Source: Candidatus Bathyarchaeia archaeon
GTDB taxonomy: Archaea > Thermoproteota > Bathyarchaeia > Bathyarchaeales > Bathycorpusculaceae
Length of the DNA stretch: 64,000 bases
Assembly: GCA_050010755.1 (NCBI GenBank)
Contig: JBEKKK010000001.1
Location: 384,001-448,000, forward strand
Direction of reading: 5' to 3'
Part shown: positions 38,682-48,207 of the stretch, piece after piece
Position numbering within the stretch: the first letter of the stretch is position 1
Layout: every line of letters starts with the position of its first letter
Program-made: the position numbers and the translations under genes
The notes under the pieces: model-generated
Told to the model about the DNA's origin: nothing
What the model saw: the letters and a program-made list of their open reading frames with translations, nothing else
Database searches by the model: none

Positions 38682-39032
38682 CTACCTTTTGTTCAGCCAG
38701 GATACTTTCCATTCTGAGACGCGGTTGCCGCGTATTTTTGCGGTCCAGATGTTTGGGCCCTCGAGTTGTTTGAAGGAGCAGGTGGAGTGACCGACCATGA
38801 CGACGGTGTTGTCTTGAATCGTTATGCTGGTGAATTTGTTTCTGTAATCGGGGTATTGTTTGAAGAACTGTCTCCAACCTTCTTTCATGGCGTTTTTGCC
38901 TTTGGTGACGTTTCCTTCGGCGTCTATGAACGTGTGGTCGCTGGTCATTAGTTCAGCTAAACCCTCTGGGTCTTGCTGGTTGATTTTTTCGTTGAACCTC
39001 AAAGCCGTTAACATTAACTTTGAAGAGTCCAT
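38682..39032 (-). CDS. NTF2/SnoaL-like protein
   Basis: FNEKINQQD..GL.ELM..DH.FID..G...G...W..FF..YPDY. Confidence 0.8.
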   Translation of the reverse strand: MDSSKLMLTALRFNEKINQQDPEGLAELMTSDHTFIDAEGNVTKGKNAMKEGWRQFFKQYPDYRNKFTSITIQDNTVVMVGHSTCSFKQLEGPNIWTAKIRGNRVSEWKVSWLNKR

Positions 39033-39199
39033 GTCGACTTGAAAATAGGGATCAACCGATTTAAGTTTTTATCGGAACGCCCAAAACGTTTTCGGGTTTA
39101 CTCGGAACAAAAAGTGTTGAAATGATTAAGAAGCCTTGGAAGGAATGATGGAAACGGGTTCTGCTTCACATATGGTGAGTCTTGCCAGTTTGTCTGATT

Positions 39200-39670
39200 C
39201 TATTTTGTTCTTTCAAGTATTGATTCGCCGTAGCTCTTGAATTCTTGTCCAGGTTTTGCCATTTCCAGGCCCGTTGCTATCTTGGTGTTCGAAATCTTTC
39301 TTATGGTGGAACGCCAGAGCATCCCAGGACCGACTTGCTTCGACATGGGTTCGGTTGTTATGTCGAATTTCAAACTTTCTTTGGTTCTTGCGCATTCCAC
39401 TTCGTTGTTGACGAAACCATACGAAAAGAAAGTCTTACGTCTGAACTTCTTCTCACCGTCATCATAGAATAGTATTGAAATACTTTTGTTGAGCAAAACA
39501 CCTGCACACCAGTTTTCGCCAGTGCTCATGATGAACGAATCGCTAGGCTCACACGAAAACACTGTCCTGCCCTCAATCACGCCCTTCTCACCGAACTGTC
39601 CACCCTTCGTCTTTCCCTTCCAAGTGCCGACGAGGAATTTCCACTCATCCAACGGAGAACTCGAAGCCAT
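39200..39670 (-). CDS. Beta-barrel hypothetical protein (DUF1579/THAP4-like)
   Basis: L..WKFLVGTWKG N-terminal motif typical of lipocalin-like barrels. Confidence 0.55.
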   Translation of the reverse strand: MASSSPLDEWKFLVGTWKGKTKGGQFGEKGVIEGRTVFSCEPSDSFIMSTGENWCAGVLLNKSISILFYDDGEKKFRRKTFFSYGFVNNEVECARTKESLKFDITTEPMSKQVGPGMLWRSTIRKISNTKIATGLEMAKPGQEFKSYGESILERTK

Positions 39671-39817
39671 ACAATTCACCATTTGAGAAACAATCTAGGT
39701 TTGGCGTATTAAACTGTTCCAGCAGAGCGGTAGTCTTTACTGAAAAATCCTCTCTTGCCATCTTTGCTTACGGGTTAAATCGCAATTAAAGTGTTTCAGT
39801 TTGTTGATCCTTGGAAG

Positions 39818-39954
39818 TGGCGGGCCCGCAGGGATTTGAACCCTGGGTCTCCGGCTCCGCAGGCCAGCGTCTTAATCCAATCTAGGGCTTCTGGAACTAG
39901 GACTCGGGCTTTAGACCCCCCCAAACCCAGACAACCTGACTAGACTACGGGCCC
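39818..39954 (-). tRNA. tRNA-Arg(GCG) with encoded CCA and a ~60-nt non-canonical intron in the D-loop
   Basis: Acceptor GGGCCCG/CGGGCCC-GCCA, D-stem GTCT/AGAC, anticodon arm CTGGC-CTGCGGA-GCCGG, T-loop GTTCAAATC; 137 nt total; TATA-like TATTTATT about 30 nt upstream. Confidence 0.9.
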
Positions 39955-40116
39955 ACACAAAGGAATACTGCACGAAGACAGAATAATAAATACTCTCCTG
40001 CAAATGAAGAACTCGAGGCTCTCAGAATGCACACTCGCAACAGCCTCACGAAAGCGCTTTAATCATATCCGAAATTTTTCCAAAACGCTATAAACAATTC
40101 AACCTCAATTCACATT

Positions 40117-40488
40117 ATGGCTAAAGTAGTGAAAAAGACACCGAAAAGCGTCGATGATTACATTGCGATGGCACCAAAAGAATTGCAGGGCAAACTTGAG
40201 GAGCTTCGGGTAGCAATCAAAGAAACAGCTCCGACTGTGGTGGAAAGTATCAGTTATGGAATGCCATATTATGACTACAAGGGGCGACTTGCCTACTTTC
40301 GTCTGGCGAAAACACACATTGGACTCTACGTACCCCACGGGGTAGTGGAGGAACACAAAAATGAACTAGCAGATTACGAAACCGCCAATGCAACCGTCCG
40401 CTTTTCTCTGGACAAAAAACTTCCCGTCGCGCTCATAAAGAAACTAGTCAGAGCCGGAATTAAAAAGAACGAAGCCACAAAAAAATAA
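40117..40488 (+). CDS. DUF1801 (YdhG-like) protein
   Basis: SVDDYIA...L..LR..I...AP...ESISYGMPYY...LP..LIKKLV. Confidence 0.85.
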   Translation: MAKVVKKTPKSVDDYIAMAPKELQGKLEELRVAIKETAPTVVESISYGMPYYDYKGRLAYFRLAKTHIGLYVPHGVVEEHKNELADYETANATVRFSLDKKLPVALIKKLVRAGIKKNEATKK

Positions 40489-40552
40489 ACCCACAACTCA
40501 CGCTCGAAACGTTTAAGCACCTAAAAAGTCCTCCATTATTCAGGATGATTCT

Positions 40553-40915
40553 ATGGCCGTCGATAAAATTACGATGATTCATTTGTTGGTCCGTGACATG
40601 GATAAGGCCAAATTGTTCTACACGGACAAGTTAGGCTTCAAGGCCGCCCAAGATTACGGATACGAGGATAACCGCTGGGTGGTCGTTGTTCCCCCTGGGG
40701 GCGGCACATAGGTTGTTCTCGGCACAAAATTTGAAGAACTCAAACTCGGGTGCATCATGAAGCTGTATCTCTCAACCTCGGACGTTGAAGAAGTCCACAA
40801 AGATCTGAAAGCAAAAGGCGTCAAACCAAACGACGAAGTCAGAAACGACTCATGGGGCAAATGGTTCAGCGTAAACGATCCAGACGGCAATTACTGGTTC
40901 ATCGTACAATCCTGA
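40553..40915 (+). pseudogene. VOC/glyoxalase-family gene interrupted by one in-frame TAG (40709-40711)
   Basis: MAVDKITMIHLLVRDMDKAKLFYTDKLGF...RWVVVVPPGGGT*VVLGT...SWGKWFSVNDPDGNYWFIVQS; frame intact on both sides. Confidence 0.85.
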
Positions 40916-40920
40916 GTTAT

Positions 40921-41391
40921 CTACATAGTGTGTTTGATTTTCTCTCCTACAGAATAGAGGAAGAGGCTGGCTGAGGAAGGCCCCAACCATTTGAATCTGG
41001 CGGTTAGCTCTTTGACAACTGATGAGTAATTGTGCGATTTGTCCAGTTTATCGAGGTATTTTTGGAAAGAGCCGTACTCCTTCTTGATTTTTTCGAACTC
41101 TTTGGCGTTCTGAATGATACTTGAAATCTTTCCTTTGTTTCGGACGATGCCCTCGTCTTTCATCAAACGCGCAATATCCGAGCTAGTGAAGACTGAGACT
41201 TTCTCCGTGGAAAAATTGTCAAACGCTTTCTTCGTTGTGAGCCACTTCTTCTCCACCACGCTCCAGTTCAATCCAGCCTGAAAGATGATTCGACACATGT
41301 TCTCAAAATAGACAGAATCGCTGGAAGGTCTCTTGTCTACATGTATCCAATCTGGAGGACTCCAATGTTCCGGCGTAAGATTCACCCGCAC
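40921..41391 (-). CDS. tag: DNA-3-methyladenine glycosylase I-like protein
   Basis: YFE...IFQAGLNW..V.KK...AF.NF...GIVRN..KI...I.NA, FKWLGP. Confidence 0.8.
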   Translation of the reverse strand: MRVNLTPEHWSPPDWIHVDKRPSSDSVYFENMCRIIFQAGLNWSVVEKKWLTTKKAFDNFSTEKVSVFTSSDIARLMKDEGIVRNKGKISSIIQNAKEFEKIKKEYGSFQKYLDKLDKSHNYSSVVKELTARFKWLGPSSASLFLYSVGEKIKHTM

Positions 41392-41526
41392 AAGAGTTTT
41401 GTTTCAATTTGCTTTTAAGCGTACTGTTTGAGGGCAAAAGCAAAATGACGTGTAGGAATCCGCACGAGCTACGATCTTTTCGTCGCCCGTCAACGCATTC
41501 GGTGCAAACGACACATTGGCGGGGGG

Positions 41527-42786
41527 CTATTGAATTCTAACGTTGCGTTTCCGCCTGAAAACGAAAGTAGCCAGTAGCGTTGCCACCATAAAGAGTGGCA
41601 GAAATAGGTATATATTAAATTCTGGGGTTGCCGGCGCCCCGAGGGCATAGATATTGCCATCCGTTGATCCCACGTAAAGTACTCCGTTAAGCACAGCAGG
41701 AGAAGAATCCACTGCACCACCAGTCCTATAACTCCAAACAAATTTTCCATTAGCAGCGTTAAGACAGTAGGTATTATTGTCATTAGATCCCACGTAGACG
41801 AGACCATCAGCAACAGCAGGAGAAGAAATCACCGCGTCATGCGTCGCGTAACGCCAAACAACCGATCCATTAACAGCGTTCAGACAGTAAACGTTATCGT
41901 CCTGCGATCCGACGTAGACCAGGCCCCCAGCAACGGCAGGAGAAGACCCCACATAGCTTCCTGTTACATAACTCCAAACAAGCGATCCTGTAGCGGCGTT
42001 AAGACAGTAAACCTTCCCATCGTCGGATCCCACGTATACAAAACCACCCGAAACCGTGGGAGAAGAATCCACGAAGCTGCCGGTCGTGTAACTCCAAACA
42101 GGCGACCCCGTAGCAGCGTTCAAACAGTAAACCTTCTGATCATTTAGAGATCCCACGTAAACAAAGCCCCCTACAACGGCGGGAGAAGCATCTACTGGGC
42201 CGCCTACACCGTGCTGCCAAACCAACGTCCCCGAAACGGCGTTGAAGCAGTAAACGCTCCTACCGTCAGAGCCCACGTAAACTAGACCGTCAACGACGGC
42301 AGGTGAAGAATCGCCAATGGAGCCCGCCACCTTGTACAGCCAAATGAGCGATCCATTAGCAGCGCTCAGACAGTAGATATAATCGTCCAGTGAACCCACA
42401 TACACAAAGCCGCCCACAACGGCGGGAGAAGAATACACGACGCCACCCGTTGGGTAACGCCAGATAACCGCTCCCGTGTTAGCGTTCAGACAATAAACGT
42501 GATAATCATGAGACCCCACGTAAACAAAACCACCTGCAACAGCAGGAGAAGAAAGACGAGCGTTGGCCGCATACTCCCAGAGAGTTTGGTTCGTATTCGG
42601 CCCCGTAGAGGTTGAAGCTCCCGAATGATTGGGGTCATGGTGGAACATCGGCCACGAATCGACAGTATCCGCACTTGCCAGTTGAATCTTATAAGCTATT
42701 GCTAACATGCCCAGCATGAGAAAAAACAGCATTAGAATCGAAACAGCATCCTTGGGCAATTTGACCGCTCTCTCTCCAAACGTCAA
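41527..42786 (-). CDS. PQQ-like (BamB-type) beta-propeller surface protein with PEF-CTERM tail
   Basis: WPMFHHD; eight SSPAV..G.VYVGS.D..VYCLNA..G...W repeats; C-terminal TPEF-TM-RRKR. Confidence 0.9.
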   Translation of the reverse strand: MTFGERAVKLPKDAVSILMLFFLMLGMLAIAYKIQLASADTVDSWPMFHHDPNHSGASTSTGPNTNQTLWEYAANARLSSPAVAGGFVYVGSHDYHVYCLNANTGAVIWRYPTGGVVYSSPAVVGGFVYVGSLDDYIYCLSAANGSLIWLYKVAGSIGDSSPAVVDGLVYVGSDGRSVYCFNAVSGTLVWQHGVGGPVDASPAVVGGFVYVGSLNDQKVYCLNAATGSPVWSYTTGSFVDSSPTVSGGFVYVGSDDGKVYCLNAATGSLVWSYVTGSYVGSSPAVAGGLVYVGSQDDNVYCLNAVNGSVVWRYATHDAVISSPAVADGLVYVGSNDNNTYCLNAANGKFVWSYRTGGAVDSSPAVLNGVLYVGSTDGNIYALGAPATPEFNIYLFLPLFMVATLLATFVFRRKRNVRIQ

Positions 42787-43020
42787 ATCAGCATGCCGTG
42801 ATAAAAGACTTCCTCACAGAGTCTCAAATTAGATTCCGCGCTTCTGATTTTCTTTTTCAGGCTATTATCTTCTTGCTTTCTTCAGCCTGCTTCTGGCGTT
42901 GCCTAATCCAATCACAGAAGAAGCCGCCTTCTGGCTCAGGCGCTAAACCTCTTGACAAGAAACTCCCTTAAAATTAAAACTTCAATGAGGCAGATATAAA
43001 TTGCAGGCAACTTGAGTTTT

Positions 43021-43839
43021 TCACAGCAGATACGGCGAGAACTGTATATATCCAATGACTGTGAGAGCTGCGCTCGCTGCGAACATCAATGCCCACACAG
43101 TCTTGCTCCAGTGGAATACTTTGAGCCCGTCGAAAACGCCGTAAGGAATCAGATTAAAGGCCGCCAAATAGGCGTTAAAAAACCCACCGAAATAGAAAAA
43201 CGCAACTAAGGGACTCGGCGCAACAATTGCGCCCCCAAGGAACCCTAGAGATAATAAAATGTTAGTTATTGGTCCCGCCATGGAAACTCTTCCTATGTCT
43301 CTTTTTTCAGCGGGCCCGGCGATCATCACTGCACCGGGAGAAATGAGCTTGATCGGCAAGAATGCGAAGATCAGTGTCACGACGGCGCCCCAGAGGGTCA
43401 ACCTGAACTCGGCCCAGAGACCTTTTCTCTGAGCGATCACTTTGTGCGCAATCTCGTGAATGAAAAAGGACATGGTAAGAATCACGGTGAAAGCTACAGC
43501 AGACTCAAGCAAACTGACTGAAGTTAAGATGCTGCCATAAAGAACGGACAACAACCCGACGGCGACAACAAGCAGCGCAGCTATGGCCAAGTGTTTAACC
43601 TCCGTGGGACTGAAATAAACGCGTCCCTTAGCTTTTGGGGGCATTCCAAAAGTGACCTTGTACTGGTAGGAGCTCTGCTTCGACATGACTTCGGCCTCCC
43701 GCTGCCTCTGCGCTCGGGCGACATCCAACTTTGGACAATTGTGGTTCTCAGGCAAACGATGAGCAGCGCAGAACTGACCGCCACAATAAGAACACTGAAA
43801 CGCCATGAATATTTCTTGACCGCATGCCTCGCATTTCAT
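43021..43839 (-). CDS. AN1-type zinc finger fused to M50-family site-2 protease
   Basis: CEAC...C.YCGG.FC..HRLPENHNC; HEIAH, AGP..N, FNLIP..FDG. Confidence 0.88.
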   Translation of the reverse strand: MKCEACGQEIFMAFQCSYCGGQFCAAHRLPENHNCPKLDVARAQRQREAEVMSKQSSYQYKVTFGMPPKAKGRVYFSPTEVKHLAIAALLVVAVGLLSVLYGSILTSVSLLESAVAFTVILTMSFFIHEIAHKVIAQRKGLWAEFRLTLWGAVVTLIFAFLPIKLISPGAVMIAGPAEKRDIGRVSMAGPITNILLSLGFLGGAIVAPSPLVAFFYFGGFFNAYLAAFNLIPYGVFDGLKVFHWSKTVWALMFAASAALTVIGYIQFSPYLL

Positions 43840-44280
43840 TGGGAAACCTTTTCCAGCCTATAGGAAAGATACCGTTTATACTTTCCCCTCAACGCCCAAA
43901 ACTCTCGACGCATAAGCCGGCAGTCTGACAAGGACATAGAAAGGGGGCGAAAATACTAATGAGCGCTCGACCATACGGTAATTGGTCAAGACTCTCCGCT
44001 GAAGCTCAAAAAACCCAAAAACCCTTCTTGCCCTTCCTCATATACTATTACAGAAAATCCACACAGCTTCGTATCATATCAAAACGTTTACATATTCATC
44101 GACGGACTCCCGTGCCTCGGTGACTGAAATAGCAACCAAGTGGAATTCGATGTTTAACGCCCTAATAGCTGCGCTATGACGCTGATGGAGTATCTATGGC
44201 CGTTGAGTTTCTTCACTCATGGATCGGTCAAAAACCTTGTATACACCGTGAGTGCACATATGAGAGCAGGGAGGGAATAA

Positions 44281-45225
44281 ATGGATCCGACAGAATTGTT
44301 CATACTTGCAGTGGCTGTTATCTTAATAGTCTTCATCCTTGCTTGGCTGTTAAGTGTCTCGATACGGCAGGTCAGGCCTACGCAGAGGGGACTCGTGGAA
44401 CGCTTAGGCAAGTACCACAGATTCGTCGAAGGTGGCCTAACGCTCTTGATGCCATATGTAGACAGAATCATCAAGGTCAATACGACCGAACAAATGACCC
44501 CAGTACAACGCCAAGACGTCATAACGAGAGACAAAGTGTTCATGGGTGTAGACGCCGTCGTCTTCTACAGAGTCAAAAGAGATGAAACGAGCGTAAAGGC
44601 CTCAGAATACAGTGTCAACAACTACACAGTGCAAATAGATACTCTCGCCCGAACGGTTCTAAGAGACATAATCGGCGGCATGGACATGACCGTCGCTAAT
44701 ACGTCAAGACACATCATAAACCAAGAGCTGAAAGAGGCGCTTGACGAACAAACCGAGAGCTGGGGAATCGAAATAGTCCGCGCAGAAATAAAAGACCTCG
44801 AACCTCCGAAGGAATTAATCGCGTCTATGGAGTCGGTCCTAAAGGCAGACAACGACAGACAGGCTGCGGAAAAAACCGCGGTTGCCCAAGCAACTCTAGC
44901 CACAGGACAAAAGAACGCTGCTATACAAGTTGCCGAGGGAGAAAAACAAGCATCAATCCTTAGAGCTGAAGGTCAACGACAAGCCACGATCACTATAGCT
45001 GAAGGAGACGCGCAAGCCACGAAACTGCGCAATGAGGCTTTGACGACGTACTTCAAAGACAGTGCCATCACCTTCAAGCAGCTTGAAACGATCTCAACGT
45101 CATTGATGAACAACACTAAAATGATCATACCAGAAGGAAAAGCACTGACGCTCATACTCAATGAAATGCAGAATTTCTCAAGAGAGTCAATAATCCCAAT
45201 TCCGATGCAGCCTCAAAAGAAATAG
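44281..45225 (+). CDS. SPFH/band-7 (stomatin/QmcA-like) protein
   Basis: N-terminal TM, VERLGKY, VIT.D, LRDIIG.M, WGIEI...EI, AEGEKQA.IL.AEG. Confidence 0.92.
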   Translation: MDPTELFILAVAVILIVFILAWLLSVSIRQVRPTQRGLVERLGKYHRFVEGGLTLLMPYVDRIIKVNTTEQMTPVQRQDVITRDKVFMGVDAVVFYRVKRDETSVKASEYSVNNYTVQIDTLARTVLRDIIGGMDMTVANTSRHIINQELKEALDEQTESWGIEIVRAEIKDLEPPKELIASMESVLKADNDRQAAEKTAVAQATLATGQKNAAIQVAEGEKQASILRAEGQRQATITIAEGDAQATKLRNEALTTYFKDSAITFKQLETISTSLMNNTKMIIPEGKALTLILNEMQNFSRESIIPIPMQPQKK

Positions 45226-45693
45226 CCGATATCGTGTCTGACTGCAGAACAATCAGGGCTCTAGCAAAGAACCATCAGGTATATCAAATAGAAGATCACA
45301 CTCTGTTTCTTCCCTCAATTTTCTCCATCGGTCAAGTATCAAGTCGGCCTTGAGAAGAAAGTCATTACAAAGCCATATTAACAGAAAACAAAAGATACGT
45401 AAGTTGCCAAAAAGAGCCTTCGGCTTCTGCTCTTCCTCATACTATATTACAGAAAATCAGCATGCACCATCCCTACACCAAAGCCATGCCACCTACCAAT
45501 TCGTCGTCAGCTGCGACAGAGACGGCGACAAGGCGCAAGCTCTTATTCTTTTTCATTCTCGCCTCGCACAAGCCCATTTCAGAAAACCAATTCTCGAAAG
45601 AGAACGTCAGATCGCGAGCGCATATCGCCTGTTGCTCCAGCACGACAGTCACACACGTTTATGACCATTGATTGCTCATATCTCGTTAGGTGA

Positions 45694-45894
45694 ATGAAGA
45701 TGGCTAACACTCCCTGGGAGGAGGTCGACAAACTCCGGGCCTCGATACTAGCAGAGGTCATCCGAAGAGACTACCTCGAACAAATGCTCGAAAAAGCCAA
45801 ATTGATGGAATCCTCCCATGGAAAAGACTACCCGCGCAACCTGTCCCAAGCATTCCAATATCTGATTGACACAGAACCCCGCAAACCAGAATAG
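45694..45894 (+). CDS. Small hypothetical protein
   Basis: AGGTGA Shine-Dalgarno-like motif upstream; amphipathic helical 66 aa. Confidence 0.45.
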   Translation: MKMANTPWEEVDKLRASILAEVIRRDYLEQMLEKAKLMESSHGKDYPRNLSQAFQYLIDTEPRKPE

Positions 45895-46020
45895 CAGAAC
45901 ATGCCCTTAGACCCGGCGGATACAGAGAATCTATCATCCCATACGTCAGTCTATTGTAAGCCGCGTCTAAAGGCTTTAATCTCCAGCGCCCGAAATCAGT
46001 TTTGCTGAGAGGCTGGGAGA

Positions 46021-46449
46021 TTGGATGAAATTCTAAGCTTGCTGGAAAAGGCCACAAAGCGGGCTCAGAAAACTCTGGACGAAAATAAACACTCATCTTC
46101 TACGCAGATTGAAGCTTACGAGAAGGTGCTAAAATCCAGAGAGTCTTCCGAAACGCAGAGAGCCAAAGCAACTCTCGGAAGAATGATTGAATACAACCGC
46201 CTAGAAGGATTATCCTCTCAACTGAGCCTCCTTTACATCCTTCAGATGTTCGCCTTCAAAGTCAAAATCCTCCAAATCTCGGTAGACAACATTAAGGAAC
46301 AATTGGCAAAACCGGAGTTCCTAGACAAGACCAAGGACATCGAAAACATAAAAAAGAACATCGACACCCTAACCATCCTCCTCGAAGCCCAATACGAAGC
46401 AACAAAACAAATCGGAGAAAACCGCGAAAACCTCTCCTACGTCTCCTAG
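46021..46449 (+). CDS. Helical/coiled-coil hypothetical protein
   Basis: Codon style like neighbours, heptad pattern. Confidence 0.6.
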   Translation: MDEILSLLEKATKRAQKTLDENKHSSSTQIEAYEKVLKSRESSETQRAKATLGRMIEYNRLEGLSSQLSLLYILQMFAFKVKILQISVDNIKEQLAKPEFLDKTKDIENIKKNIDTLTILLEAQYEATKQIGENRENLSYVS

Positions 46450-46484
46450 AACACCAAACGATGAAAATTCAAACGAACGCTGTG

Positions 46485-47399
46485 CTAACCCTTCCGTTTT
46501 CGGCGGCGCATCCGTTTCTCAAGTAATATCAAGTGCGTCTGGTGATCTTCTTCCGATCTCAGGCCAACTCCATCCAGAGCCTTCTCAAACCTAGTCTCAA
46601 ACGTGCAAGCAATCGAGCCGAGCCCGCGTTTCAAGGCCAATGTCACGTTACGGGAAAACTGAGCCAGAAAACCGGACGAGTCAACCGCGTAGGCGGTGAA
46701 GCCCCAATAGGACTCATCAGGTTCTTTGCCAGAAGGACTAATCGATAAAGAATCCAATCTTCCTCTTTTCAGGGCGACGTAAAAACTGTGGTTCTTCCCC
46801 ACCTCTTTAACGTTGGAAGAGGTGTTATCCAGGGCCTTCCACTCGTAGATTAGCATCCCCTGAGGAAGAATATGAGGGTTGGTTTCCAGCAGGCCATATG
46901 TTCTTTCTAGGCCGAACTTCCGTATCGGGGGATATTCTGTTGATGTTGGAATCTGTTTGAGGTTATGGTACCAAGAAACGGTCATCCTGAGGATTCTTGA
47001 GAATCCTGCCATCTTGGCAAGCTTCACGGAAGCCGCGTTTTCATCAGACGTTGTGTAGCGAAGCCGTTCAACGCCCAAGCGTTCACCCTCTCTGAGGATA
47101 GTCTCAGTGAGGTCGTTTGCGAATCCTCTGCCCCTATACTCAGGGTGTACCCGAAGTCCTTCCATCCAGCCAATCCTTCCGTCTTCCACCAACCGAATCC
47201 TGCCAACGGCAACAACGCGCCCGTCAACTTCAACTCCATAAAAGCGACTATTCGAGTCGCGCAACCACTCGTCAACCACAGACGGGAGGTAATCGTGCCC
47301 CTCCCAAATGTGACTCGATATCTCTATCACATCGTCACGATCCGAACCTTGGAGCCTTCTAACAGTCGCTACCATGAGCCTCGACCAAGTTTTTCTCAC
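46485..47399 (-). CDS. GNAT family N-acetyltransferase
   Basis: IWEGHDYLP, WMEGLRVHPEYRGRGFA, N.AS..LA...GF. Confidence 0.88.
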   Translation of the reverse strand: MRKTWSRLMVATVRRLQGSDRDDVIEISSHIWEGHDYLPSVVDEWLRDSNSRFYGVEVDGRVVAVGRIRLVEDGRIGWMEGLRVHPEYRGRGFANDLTETILREGERLGVERLRYTTSDENAASVKLAKMAGFSRILRMTVSWYHNLKQIPTSTEYPPIRKFGLERTYGLLETNPHILPQGMLIYEWKALDNTSSNVKEVGKNHSFYVALKRGRLDSLSISPSGKEPDESYWGFTAYAVDSSGFLAQFSRNVTLALKRGLGSIACTFETRFEKALDGVGLRSEEDHQTHLILLEKRMRRRKRKG

Positions 47400-47675
47400 C
47401 TGCGCTTTTATCTATTGCGCCTCCCGATTTCTAGCGATCCTTTTCTGCAACCGTTCAGTCACAGCGCGCGCGGACACTCGCTAACAGCGCATCAGCAAAG
47501 GCAAACAGAACACGCTCATTCGGTCGGAAAATCGCTTAGTGGATGCAGACCACTTGGAAAAGGATGGACATCGCTCTTGGGCTGGCGGTGTTCCTTGAAA
47601 CTTATGACGTGAAAGCGAGGCGTGTTGGTTAATCTTTTAAGAACTTTGCCTGCAGAGTGTATTCGGCGATGTTTC

Positions 47676-48134
47676 GTGTCGGAAACTCCGCGTGAATTTG
47701 ATTTGGCTTTCCTAGAGTCTGAACTGAAGGGCAAGACGCTCATCGTGTACTGGTACCTGCTGGAGCGATCCACGCATTCCGTGGGGGTTAGAGAGGTTCA
47801 ACGCGCCCTCAAGTTTTCAAGCCCCAGCATTGCCGTTCACCATCTTCAGAAGCTGCAAGATCTAGGCCTCGTTGAGAAGAAGGGAACAGGCGAGTACGTA
47901 CTCAAGGAAGAAGTGAAAGTGGGCATTCTGCGACTTTTCACCAGAATGGGGCGATTCATGGTTCCTCGATACTTGTTCTATTCGGTCCTTTTCACCACCC
48001 TGCTGACGGCTTACTTGACGCTGACCATAATCGGCCAAACCACACCCAGCTTCTACGCAGTGACTTTCGGCCTCATTGCAACCTTCATTTTCTGGGTCGA
48101 AACCGCCAGACTATGGAGAGCGAGACCGGCATGA
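47676..48134 (+). CDS. wHTH transcription regulator with two C-terminal TM helices
   Basis: LKGKTL.VYWYLL...GVREVQRAL.FSSPS.A.HHL.KL..LGLV, then PRYLFY and 2 TM. Confidence 0.8.
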   Translation: MSETPREFDLAFLESELKGKTLIVYWYLLERSTHSVGVREVQRALKFSSPSIAVHHLQKLQDLGLVEKKGTGEYVLKEEVKVGILRLFTRMGRFMVPRYLFYSVLFTTLLTAYLTLTIIGQTTPSFYAVTFGLIATFIFWVETARLWRARPA

Positions 48135-48148
48135 ACCCTCAACATCCT

Positions 48149-48165
48149 GTTCTAAAACGTAGAAC
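48149..48165. promoter_or_regulatory. Palindrome GTTCTA-N5-TAGAAC, putative operator
   Basis: GTTCTAAAACGTAGAAC between the wHTH-TM gene and the next small membrane gene. Confidence 0.5.
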
Positions 48166-48207
48166 TAAAAGCCAATACTCCACCAGTTGCTATGGGGGAC
48201 ATACGCG

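Noticed and set aside
28300-39954. Intact integrated element ending at the tRNA
   Set aside because: No duplicated att sequence, full integrase, capsid or replication gene seen.
41640-42560. Regular ~120-nt nucleotide repeats that could look like a CRISPR array
   Set aside because: They are the in-frame PQQ-like beta-propeller repeats of a CDS, with synonymous variation and no unique spacers.
42860-42945. Minus-strand fragment APEPEGGFFCDWIRQRQKQAEESKKIIA*
   Set aside because: May be a gene remnant, but it has no start codon or recognisable family; too short to call.
44100-44230. Possible fluoride or other riboswitch upstream of the SPFH gene
   Set aside because: Lacks the GGCGATG...TTCGCC stem and pseudoknot pairing; downstream gene is unrelated.
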